A stretch of 64,000 bases of DNA, taken from the NCBI GenBank assembly GCA_035547155.1, contig DASZVJ010000034.1, forward strand, positions 5,895-69,894. Direction: 5' to 3'. Every line of letters begins with the position of its first letter. Positions within the stretch are counted from its first letter, which is position 1. Below, piece by piece: positions 9,325-17,243 of this stretch. Origin of the DNA: Vicinamibacterales bacterium. GTDB lineage: Bacteria > Acidobacteriota > Vicinamibacteria > Vicinamibacterales > SCN-69-37. The notes under the pieces are model-generated. The model made no database searches. It saw only the letters and a program-made list of their open reading frames with translations, and was not told the DNA's origin. The position numbers and the translations under genes are program-made.

Positions 9325-10098
9325 CTACGTTGACGGCCGGCCGGGCTCGCGCACGATGAGCGCCGCTTCCGGATCGACGCCGTAGCGCTCGCGCACGTCC
9401 TTGATCGAGATGAACTCATCGAAATGCCGGATGATATCGCCGATTTTGCCGATCCAGTCGAATTGCATGCCCGTCTGCATGCAGAGCTCGTAGAGCGCTT
9501 TCCATTCGCCTTGCTCCCAACTCGTGTAGCTGACCAGCTCGTCGAAGACGATGACCGTGCCGGCCTGCAGGCGCGCGCCCAGCGCATCGAAGATCGTCTT
9601 CGTCGAGGAATACAAATCGCAGTCGACGTGCATGAACGCGATGGGCTCGTGCGCGATCTGCAGGAAGGGCGGCAGCGTCTGATCGAACCAGCCCTTGATC
9701 AACACGACGTTGTCCGCGACCTCCGGCATGACACCGCCGCGATCGAACGCCGAGGCCTTCTCGAATTGGCCGAAGCCGCGATCCCAATCTTCCGGCAGGC
9801 CCTGGAAGCTGTCGAAGCCGAACACCGCACGGCGCGTATGCTCCGCAATCGTGTTGATCGAGGAGCCGCTCCACACGCCGAACTCGAGCCACAACCCCTT
9901 CGGGATGTTCAGCTCGTCCTTGTGGTCGAGCATGTAGCGCAGCAGCCGCCCTGGCTTGTATTTGCCGGCAATCGGGATGCGCGGCACCGCGTTCATGCGG
10001 GACAGCTCGATGTCCGTGAACTGCGCGAGCGTCAGACTGCGCGCATTCGGCCTCGTCCAGTAGCCAGGTTCCTGCGAAATCGGGATCAACGTGCCCAC
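9325..10098 (-). CDS. TylF/MycF-like class I SAM-dependent (sugar) O-methyltransferase
   Basis: WLEFGVWSGSSINTIAEH (SAM-binding loop), VFGFDSFQGLPEDW, and FMHVDCDLYSSTKTIFDALGARLQAGTVIVFDELV (TylF-type D-x-D-L-Y-x-S-T metal/SAM region). GTG start 6 nt after the upstream stop. Confidence 0.7.
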   Translation of the reverse strand: MGTLIPISQEPGYWTRPNARSLTLAQFTDIELSRMNAVPRIPIAGKYKPGRLLRYMLDHKDELNIPKGLWLEFGVWSGSSINTIAEHTRRAVFGFDSFQGLPEDWDRGFGQFEKASAFDRGGVMPEVADNVVLIKGWFDQTLPPFLQIAHEPIAFMHVDCDLYSSTKTIFDALGARLQAGTVIVFDELVSYTSWEQGEWKALYELCMQTGMQFDWIGKIGDIIRHFDEFISIKDVRERYGVDPEAALIVREPGRPST

Positions 10099-10104
10099 GC
10101 CGGA

Positions 10105-10449
10105 CTATGCAATCCGAAAATAGAAATGATCGTGATTGCGGCACTTGGGATTGAACGCCGCATGACACGCCGGACAGTGCGCGCCGCTGTCGAGGTACGC
10201 GCGGATGGTCAGCTCGGCACCGCACGCGCCGCAGCGGATTACGGGCTGATCCCACGCCTCGGCCGGCCAGACATCCGCGTCGTGATCGGCGAGCGCCTCG
10301 TGACAGTCCTTGCACGCGTAGTAGACGCCGCAGCACTTCATCTTGATGGCGACGATATCCGTCGGGCCGTGGAAATGCGCGCAGCGGCTCTGCGCGTCCA
10401 TGTCGACCCCGCGGACGTCGTCGATCGTCGCCGGCACGTCAGTCGCCAC
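10105..10449 (-). CDS. CHY-type zinc-finger protein
   Basis: CAHFHGPTDIVAIKMKCCGVYYACKDCHEALADHD...VIRCGACGAELT...HCPACHAAFNPKCRNH fits the zf-CHY Cys/His pattern. The GTG start at 10449 overlaps the GH18 3' end by 11 nt; an alternative ATG lies at 10401. Confidence 0.7.
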   Translation of the reverse strand: MATDVPATIDDVRGVDMDAQSRCAHFHGPTDIVAIKMKCCGVYYACKDCHEALADHDADVWPAEAWDQPVIRCGACGAELTIRAYLDSGAHCPACHAAFNPKCRNHDHFYFRIA

Positions 10450-11482
10450 CGTTGCGGCGCGGCGCCGGCGGCGGGATGCGCGGCGCGGCGGGATCGAGAT
10501 TCCGCTGGATGACCTTCAGCAGCGAGTGCGGCGAGGCCGGATCGTCCTGCGTCAGCTCCCAGATCATCGCGCCGCCGTACTGCGCGCTGAGCTGCGTGAG
10601 ACGCGCGACGGTGTTCTCGCCCTGATAGGTGAAGACGGCGCCGTCGCGGTACGCGCCGCCGCCGACGGTGTCGACCGCCCACGCGTTCGGATAGCTCGCG
10701 AGCAGCGTGCTGTAGTTGTGGAAGCCGATGCCCAGCGTCAGCTTGTCCTTCGGCACGTGCTTGACGTTCGCCCACCACGCCATGTCGGCGACGCTGCGAT
10801 CGTACGATCCGTAGATCATCACGTTCACGATGTCGAAGAACGGCAGGACGTCGTCTTGCGTGCCGGCCTGGATGTACTGCGCGACAGCCGCAGTGACGAG
10901 CCTGCCCTTCGGCTTCAGCGTGGCCGCGAGCGTCCTGACGAACGTCGTGAACGGGACGCCCATCTGCGTCGGCTGCTCGACGTCCACGTCGACGCCGTCG
11001 ATGCCGTGCGCGTCGAGGTACGCGTCGATCGCGGCCGTGAGCTCGGCGGACAAACCCGCGTTGTAGAACTGCATGATGCGGCGATCGCCGCCGTCGCCGC
11101 CGATCGAGATCAGCACCTTCGTCCCGTGCGCGTGCGCCGCGTCCACGATCGCCTTCAACGCATCGTCGGTCAACGAAGCGTTCGCGGCCAGCGTCATGTC
11201 GCTCTTCGCCGTGCACGCGCCATCGCACAACGGCGGATTGACGAACGCGAGATTGAGATGCGTCATCTTCTCGAAATCGAGCGTCTTCGCAACGGCGCTC
11301 CAATCGAGGTTCTTGTAGACGCCGAGATAGCCGACCAGATACGGGTGCGGATTGGGCGGGCCGTCCGGAATCTGGCAGGCACACGGCGCGGCATTCTGCG
11401 CGCGAAGGACGGTGACGCCGCAGATGACAGTCGCGGCAACGGCGAGCGACAGCGCGATCGTTCGAGTACGCGTGATGACCAT
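10439..11482 (-). CDS. Secreted glycoside hydrolase family 18 (chitinase-like)
   Basis: N-terminal signal peptide (MVITRTRTIALSLAVAATVICGVTVLRAQ). GH18 motifs: LNLAFVNP, GTKVLISIGG, and the catalytic DxxDxDxE as IDGVDVDVEQP. C-terminal YGGAMIWELTQD. Confidence 0.85.
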   Translation of the reverse strand: MVITRTRTIALSLAVAATVICGVTVLRAQNAAPCACQIPDGPPNPHPYLVGYLGVYKNLDWSAVAKTLDFEKMTHLNLAFVNPPLCDGACTAKSDMTLAANASLTDDALKAIVDAAHAHGTKVLISIGGDGGDRRIMQFYNAGLSAELTAAIDAYLDAHGIDGVDVDVEQPTQMGVPFTTFVRTLAATLKPKGRLVTAAVAQYIQAGTQDDVLPFFDIVNVMIYGSYDRSVADMAWWANVKHVPKDKLTLGIGFHNYSTLLASYPNAWAVDTVGGGAYRDGAVFTYQGENTVARLTQLSAQYGGAMIWELTQDDPASPHSLLKVIQRNLDPAAPRIPPPAPRRNGGD

Positions 11483-11519
11483 GGCAGGCGCGCCTCAGGA
11501 CGCGCCGGCCGTGAACGTA

Positions 11520-11882
11520 TCACTCCGTCTTCGTTCTGTCGATGCGCGCCAACGTGACGACGAGGACGAGGATCAGGCCTGGATACGTCGCGGCCCACGC
11601 CGGACCGTGGATCAGCCACGTCGCGGTCGCGCCCGTGAGCGTCACCATCAAAATGCCGATACCAATCCTCGCGAGCGGCGGAATCCAGAGCGCGACGAGT
11701 CCGGCGATTTCCGCCACGCTGACGACGACGGCGCCCCAAGAGGGATAGCCCCACGCGGCGAATCGCTGTCCCCAGTCGGCAGGATGCCGCAGCTTGATGG
11801 CGATCGCGGGCGCGAACAGGAGTGTGATGACGACGCGCAAGACGACGATCGCGAGACGACGTGCTGTCGAGGCCTTCATCAT
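11520..11882 (-). CDS. DoxX family membrane protein
   Basis: Track ORF 11520..11930, trimmed to ATG 11882 (MMKASTARRLAIVVL), which has GGAG 6 nt upstream. It has four hydrophobic helices and a DoxX-like sequence (FAPAIAIKLRHP...AEIAGLVALWIP). Confidence 0.65.
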   Translation of the reverse strand: MMKASTARRLAIVVLRVVITLLFAPAIAIKLRHPADWGQRFAAWGYPSWGAVVVSVAEIAGLVALWIPPLARIGIGILMVTLTGATATWLIHGPAWAATYPGLILVLVVTLARIDRTKTE

Positions 11883-11934
11883 CGGGCTCCAGGTGATGTA
11901 CGAGCTCGTCTTGTGGTCGCCGATGGACAACCGA

Positions 11935-12591
11935 TCACGTCGTCGTCGTGGCGCCGGCGCGCCTCGCCGAGACGCGGACCGCCAACACGCTGCCAGCGAG
12001 CGCCACCGGCCCGACGCCGAGAATGAAGCTCGTGCCGGCTGGTGCGGGCACGGCGATCGCCGCGAGCACGACCAGCAGGCCGGTGATCACGACGAGATGT
12101 CCGATGAGACGATGCGTTCGGATCCAGATCGCGCGGTCGGATAGCGTACGCGACGTCCGAATGCCGATCGCGAGATTCCGCCGCGTCCGCGGCAGCAGAT
12201 TGCCGACGCCCATCAGGGTCAAGCCCAACATCAGCGGCACGACGCGCGCCGCCCACGTGCGTCCGACGAGCAGCCCGAGGCTTCCGGCGAGCATCGTCGC
12301 GTGGACGCCCATGAGGAAGGCGACGACGCGCAGCATGATCGCGTCGTAGATCGACACCATGTCTGTCGAATCCGGCGCTTCGATGGGATGACGGACCACC
12401 AGGCCGCGCAGAAGGACGTCTGTCGTCAGCGCGGCCATCGGAAACAGGAACGCGGCCGACATGTCGTCGATCCACCTCGCCGCCGAGCCGACCGGCGCCT
12501 CGTGTCCTGGAAATCCGGCGCGTAGCGCCGCGACTCCCATGGCCGCGCCAATTGCGCAGAGGACGACGTGTGAGAGCCGCCAGATCCGCAT
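11935..12591 (-). CDS. SdpI/YhfL family membrane (immunity/signal-transduction-like) protein
   Basis: Polytopic membrane protein with the SdpI-family motif NLLPRTRRNLAIGIRTSRTLSDRAIWIRTHRLIG. The ATG directly abuts the stop of the ArsR-like gene (TAAATG). Confidence 0.7.
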   Translation of the reverse strand: MRIWRLSHVVLCAIGAAMGVAALRAGFPGHEAPVGSAARWIDDMSAAFLFPMAALTTDVLLRGLVVRHPIEAPDSTDMVSIYDAIMLRVVAFLMGVHATMLAGSLGLLVGRTWAARVVPLMLGLTLMGVGNLLPRTRRNLAIGIRTSRTLSDRAIWIRTHRLIGHLVVITGLLVVLAAIAVPAPAGTSFILGVGPVALAGSVLAVRVSARRAGATTTT

Positions 12592-12915
12592 TTACGTCTC
12601 CTGGCGGCGCGTCCGCGGCAGCTTGACCGTGCGCCCGCCGGTTTTGCCGTCCGGGCGCGTCCACTCGATGAGGTGCTGAATCAGGTCCTGGAACACCGAC
12701 GTGTCGAGCTCGTACCGAATCTCCTGCCCGCGGCGTTCGGTCGCGACGAGTCCCGCATCGCGCAGCACCGCCAGATGCCGGGAGATCGTCGGCCAGCTCG
12801 AGTGAAAGCGGTCGGCGATCTCGCCGGACGTGAGCGGTCCCGTTCGCAGGAGCCGCAGGATGTTCCGGCGCGTCTCATCCGCCAGCGCGCGAAACACGCG
12901 ATTCGATATGGTCAT
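12592..12915 (-). CDS. ArsR/SmtB family transcriptional regulator (SdpR-like)
   Basis: wHTH: [52 protein letters not shown]. Trimmed to ATG 12915, which has GGAG 7 nt upstream. Confidence 0.85.
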   Translation of the reverse strand: MTISNRVFRALADETRRNILRLLRTGPLTSGEIADRFHSSWPTISRHLAVLRDAGLVATERRGQEIRYELDTSVFQDLIQHLIEWTRPDGKTGGRTVKLPRTRRQET

Positions 12916-12937
12916 CGTCGTCTCCGAATATTGCGTG

Positions 12938-12955
12938 ATTAGCAAATTAGCTAAT
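12938..12955 (-). promoter_or_regulatory. AT-rich palindromic operator/promoter candidate upstream of the arsR-like gene
   Basis: ATTAGC-AA-ATTAGCTAAT: a perfect 10-bp palindrome ATTAGCTAAT (12946..12955) plus a direct ATTAGC copy (12938..12943), 23-40 nt upstream of ATG 12915. ArsR/SmtB repressors typically bind inverted repeats overlapping their own promoter. Confidence 0.4.
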
Positions 12956-13011
12956 TATGAGCAGCGAGTCAAGCCCGCGACTCGAGGGGGCGACCTGGGC
13001 GCGTTGGGCTG

Positions 13012-15468
13012 CTACTCCGATCGCAGCGCGATCAACGGGTCGACCTTCGTCGCGCGGCGGGCCGGGAGCAGACAGGCCAGCACGCCGACGACCGCCAGCA
13101 CGGCCACGACGACCGCAAACGTCCACGGATCGGTCGTCGTCACGCCGTAGATCTGATGCGCCATCAGCCGCGACAGCGCGTAGCTGGCGCCGATGCCGGC
13201 GAGGACGCCGGCGGCGATCGGCCGCAGGCCGCGCAGCAGCATCATGCGCATGACGCCGCCCGGCTCGGCGCCGAGCGCGATGCGGATGCCGATGTCACGC
13301 GTCTGCAGCGACACGGTGTACGCCATGACGCTGAAGACGCCGATCGCGGCGAGCACGAGTCCCACGGCCGCGAACGTGCTCAGCAGGCCGACGCCGAATT
13401 TCGGCGCAGCGAATGCGTCGCGGTTGACGAGATCCTCGAGCGAGAGCACGTTCATCAGCGCGACGTCGTGATCGACGGCCCACACCTGCTGCATGACGCC
13501 GTGTTGCAGCGACATCGGATCGACGCTTGTCTTGACGATCATCGCGGCCGTGGGCAGCGCGGAGAGCGTGTACGGCACGAAGGCCTGCGGCTGCACGTCG
13601 TCTTCGACGCCGGCATTGCGCGCGTCGCCCACCACGCCGACGATCTCGAACGGCGCGCGCTGGTCCGGCGGGCTCATCTGATCGAGCAGCGCGAACGTGA
13701 CGGTCCGTCCAATGGGAGTCGCACCGCCCAGGAACGTCTGCGCGAACCGCTCGTTGACGACGGCGAACCGGCGCGCGCCGTCGATGTCCGGCGCGGTGAG
13801 CAGACGGCCAGCGACGAGCGACATGCCGAGCGCGCGGAAATAGTCCTCCCCGACGAGCTCGATCGCCGCGCGCCACGTGCCCGTCGGCGACGTGCCCGGA
13901 ATCGAGAGCGGCGATCCGAAGCTGCGCACGATCGGCGGCGCGACGGACGGCGAGACGGCGGCGACGCCGGGCAGCGTGCGGACCTTGTCGACGACCTGCC
14001 GCACGAATTGCGTCCGCTGCGCCGGCGTTCGCGTCTGATCCTGCGGAAATTCGAACTGGCCGACGAGCACGTTCGACGGATTCAATCCCAGATCGATGTC
14101 CTGCAGCACGAACAGCGTGCGCATCATCAGGCCGGCGCCGACGAGCAGCACGATCGCCAGCGTCACCTGCACCGCCACGAGCAGCGTCCGCAGCCACGCG
14201 TGCCCGGCCCGCAGCCCGACGCCCTTGCCGGTGCTCATCAATCGCGCCTGGAGATTGCCGCGCGCGGCACGCCACGCCGGCACGAATCCGCACAACAGCG
14301 TGACCAGCAGCGTGACGCCGATCGTCGCGTAGAGCGCCTGATGGCTGAAGCGAATCTCGACCTCGGCCGGCAGCGCGTCGACCGGAATCGCGGCCTTGAC
14401 CCACTGCATGCCCGCGTACGCGAAGAGGCCGCCGATGGCCGTGCCGATGACAGCCAGCACGAAGCTCTCCGTCAGCAGCAGCGACATCAGCCGCGTCCGT
14501 GACGCGCCGAGGCCGGCGCGCAGTGCCAGCTCGGTCTCCCGCGCGGCCGCGCGCGCCAGCAGCAGATTCGCGACGTTGCTGCACGCGATCAGCAGCAGCA
14601 TCGCGACCGCGCCGATGAGGATGTAGACCATCTCCTTGAGGCTCGCCGACGTGTACGCGTCGGCGAGCGTCATCACCGTCACCGTGAACTGCGGCGGATA
14701 CCGGTTCGGATAGAGCCGCGCCTGATTGTGCGCGATGACGTCGACGTTCGCGGCGGCCTGCTCCTTCGTCACGCCGGGCTTCAGCACGGCGTACGTCCAC
14801 ACGAACAACGGCTGCGCGGCCGGACCGCCGATCAACGTCGCCGTCGACTCCGCCGTGATCGTCGCCGGAAAGAACACGTCCGCGCCGTGCAGCAGGAATC
14901 GCGGGGGCAGCACGGCAATCAACGTCCGGTACGTGCCGTTGATCTTCAGCGTCGTGCCGATCACGTGTGGATCGCGATTGAACCGCTCTTTCCACAGACG
15001 ATCACTCATGAGAAAGGTCGGCGGCGCCCCAGGCGCACCGTCGGCGTCGGTCATCGTGCGGCCGAGCACGGGCCTGACGCCGAGCGCGGACGGCGCGTGC
15101 GGATCGATGAGCGCACCGCGCACGCGGTACGTCGCGTTCTCGAGGTTGTAGAGCGCTTCGAAGCTCGCACCGCCCAGCACCGCACTGAACACGCGGTTCT
15201 GCGCGCGGTAGTCGACGAACTCCGGTGCCGGATACCACGCCGATCGGCCGGGCTGGTTCGGCGCCTGAATGTAGAAATGGACGACGCGCGACGGATTCTC
15301 GAACGGGAACGTGTTGACCAGCACGCTGTAGACGACGCTGAAGATGACGGCCGTCGCGCCGATGCCGAGCGACAACGCGAGCAACGCCAGCGCGACCGAC
15401 CCGCGATCCCGAAGCAGACTGCGGACCGCGTCCCGCACATCACGCCCGATCCATCCCAAGCCGTTCAT
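13012..15468 (-). CDS. ADOP-type duplicated MacB/FtsX-like permease (818 aa), no adjacent PadR
   Basis: N-terminal TM (VALALLALSLGIGATAVIFSVVYSVL). Two FtsX-type 4-helix regions, each after a large extracytoplasmic domain (LLIACSNVANLLLARAAARETELALRAGLGASR and AAIGVFSVMAYTVSLQTRDIGIRIALGAEP). C-terminus ATKVDPLIALRSE. ATG with GGAGAGGAG upstream. Confidence 0.85.
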   Translation of the reverse strand: MNGLGWIGRDVRDAVRSLLRDRGSVALALLALSLGIGATAVIFSVVYSVLVNTFPFENPSRVVHFYIQAPNQPGRSAWYPAPEFVDYRAQNRVFSAVLGGASFEALYNLENATYRVRGALIDPHAPSALGVRPVLGRTMTDADGAPGAPPTFLMSDRLWKERFNRDPHVIGTTLKINGTYRTLIAVLPPRFLLHGADVFFPATITAESTATLIGGPAAQPLFVWTYAVLKPGVTKEQAAANVDVIAHNQARLYPNRYPPQFTVTVMTLADAYTSASLKEMVYILIGAVAMLLLIACSNVANLLLARAAARETELALRAGLGASRTRLMSLLLTESFVLAVIGTAIGGLFAYAGMQWVKAAIPVDALPAEVEIRFSHQALYATIGVTLLVTLLCGFVPAWRAARGNLQARLMSTGKGVGLRAGHAWLRTLLVAVQVTLAIVLLVGAGLMMRTLFVLQDIDLGLNPSNVLVGQFEFPQDQTRTPAQRTQFVRQVVDKVRTLPGVAAVSPSVAPPIVRSFGSPLSIPGTSPTGTWRAAIELVGEDYFRALGMSLVAGRLLTAPDIDGARRFAVVNERFAQTFLGGATPIGRTVTFALLDQMSPPDQRAPFEIVGVVGDARNAGVEDDVQPQAFVPYTLSALPTAAMIVKTSVDPMSLQHGVMQQVWAVDHDVALMNVLSLEDLVNRDAFAAPKFGVGLLSTFAAVGLVLAAIGVFSVMAYTVSLQTRDIGIRIALGAEPGGVMRMMLLRGLRPIAAGVLAGIGASYALSRLMAHQIYGVTTTDPWTFAVVVAVLAVVGVLACLLPARRATKVDPLIALRSE

Positions 15469-15563
15469 CGAAGGCTCCTCTCCGAGGACGTCGACGACTT
15501 ACCCGTGGTGTGGTTGTGCGACTGAAGACGGAAGGATAGACGATTTGGGGAGGAAAATGGTCG

Positions 15564-16205
15564 CTACCTGCCTGCCAGCAACGCGTTCACCGCGTCCAGC
15601 TCGTCGCGCGTGATCGTGTGGCCCATGCCGGGATAGATGCGCTCGTCGACGGCCGCGCCGAGGCGGCGCAGCACGGTTGTCGATTCGTGGACGCGCTCGA
15701 GCGGGATGTGCGCGTCGACGTCGCTGCACCCGATGAACACCGGCGTGCCGTCGAGCGAGCCCGAGTAATCGCGCGGCGTGCCGGGCGGGCCGATCAATCC
15801 GCCTGATAACGCCGCGACCGCCGCGTATCGCCGGGCATGACGCGCGACGAACTCCAGCGACAGGCACGCGCCCTGCGAGAATCCCATCAGCGCGACGCGC
15901 TCCGCGGGCACGCCGTGATTGGCCAAATCGTCGATCGACGTGGCGATCAGACGCAGCGCTGACGTGAGGCTCGGTTCGTTCTCCTGGATCGGCGCGAGGA
16001 ACGTCTGCGGATACCACGTGTGCCCTGCGGCCTGCGGCGCGAGGAACGCGACATCTGCCGCACGCACCTCGCGCGACAAGCCAAGAATGTCCTCGGCCGA
16101 CGCGCCGCGGCCGTGCAGCAGGATCACGACCAGCCGCGCGCCGGCGACTGGCGCACCGGCGTGGAGCACGCTCGCGTCGGCATGGGGATCAGATCGTTGG
16201 TGCAT
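15564..16205 (-). CDS. Phospholipase/carboxylesterase family alpha/beta hydrolase (MhqD-like)
   Basis: Track ORF 15564..16388, trimmed to ATG 16205 (MHQRSDPH). Motifs: LVVILLHGRGASAEDIL, nucleophile elbow GFSQG, C-terminal GMGHTI. It overlaps the upstream dioxygenase remnant by 17 nt. Confidence 0.75.
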   Translation of the reverse strand: MHQRSDPHADASVLHAGAPVAGARLVVILLHGRGASAEDILGLSREVRAADVAFLAPQAAGHTWYPQTFLAPIQENEPSLTSALRLIATSIDDLANHGVPAERVALMGFSQGACLSLEFVARHARRYAAVAALSGGLIGPPGTPRDYSGSLDGTPVFIGCSDVDAHIPLERVHESTTVLRRLGAAVDERIYPGMGHTITRDELDAVNALLAGR

Positions 16206-16977
16206 GAGTCTCCTCGGTCGTCTTCTGATGCGGCAGCACGAGCGGCGGCAGCGTTCGCTCGAGCCTCGCACGATGCGGCTCGACCTGCGGCGGCAGCAAC
16301 AGCCGCTCACCCAGATGCTCCGGCGCTTCGTCAATCGCAAAGCCTGGCGGATCCGTCGCGATCTCGAACAGGATGCTGCCAGGCTCACGATAGTAGATCG
16401 AATGGAAGTAAGTACGATCCATCACCGGCGACACGTGATGTCCGCCCGCGACGAGCCGCTTCCGCCATTCGCTCTGCTGCGCATCGTCCGGGGTCCGCCA
16501 CGCGATGTGATGCACCGTGCCCGCGCCAGGATTGCCGTATGACGCATGGGATGCGGACAGCACGTCGACCAACGCTCTACCTTCATCGCCTGGCGCCTCG
16601 AATCTGAGACGATCGCCCTCGTGGCCGATCGCGCGGAATCCCATGACATCGGTCAGCAACGCGGCGGTCGGCTCGTGCGTGGCTTCGAGCAATGTCGCGC
16701 TGTGGAAGCCTGAAATGGCTGCGTCGACTGGAACGCCACCGCGCAGCCACGCGTCGCCGGGGCGCGCACGATCGGTGGCGACGAGCTCGAGCGGCAGGCC
16801 GTCCGGATCGGCGACGCGCAGAACCGGCTCGCCGAAACGCGTACCGGCATTCTCGACGGGAACACCCGCGCGCGTGAGACGATCGCGCCAGTACTCGAGC
16901 GACCCCTTGGGCACGGCAAAGCTGGTCGCCGATACCTGGCCGGCACCGACGCTGCCGCGCGGCACACCCGGCCACGG
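16189..16977 (-). pseudogene. 5'-truncated ring-cleaving dioxygenase of the MhqO/MhqE (two-domain VOC/glyoxalase) type
   Basis: Family similarity starts only at PPWPGVPRGSVGAGQVSATSFAVPKGSLEYW and runs to the C-terminus (GAGTVHHIAWRTPDD...YFHSIYYREPGSILFEIATDPPGFAIDE). The usual first ~55-60 residues are missing, including the first His-containing metal motif. The ORF's apparent start lies inside the abutting HxlR fragment. Confidence 0.6.
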
Positions 16978-16979
16978 AG

Positions 16980-17216
16980 GTGCTGACGGAGACACTGCGG
17001 CGCCTGGAACGCGACGGCCTCGTGACGCGACGGCCGGAGCCGCATCAGTCGACGGTCGAGTACTCGCTCACGCCGCTCGGCCAGAGCCTGGCCGGCCCGC
17101 TCGACGCGTTGCGCCGCTGGTCCGAAGAGCACGAGGCTGTCGTCGAAGACGCGCGACAGCGGTTCGACGCCGCGCGGGCCGCAGGCAAGCCGGCGGAAGG
17201 CCGCATTCAGACGTGA
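16980..17216 (+). pseudogene. 5'-truncated HxlR-family transcriptional regulator (C-terminal half only)
   Basis: (V)LTETLRRLERDGLVTRRPEPHQSTVEYSLTPLGQSL matches only the recognition-helix/wing and C-terminal part of HxlR-type wHTH proteins. The N-terminal ~60 aa are absent. The track 'M' is a GTG. Confidence 0.55.
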
Positions 17217-17243
17217 AGCAGTTGTGTCGTCGCGTGACGTAGG

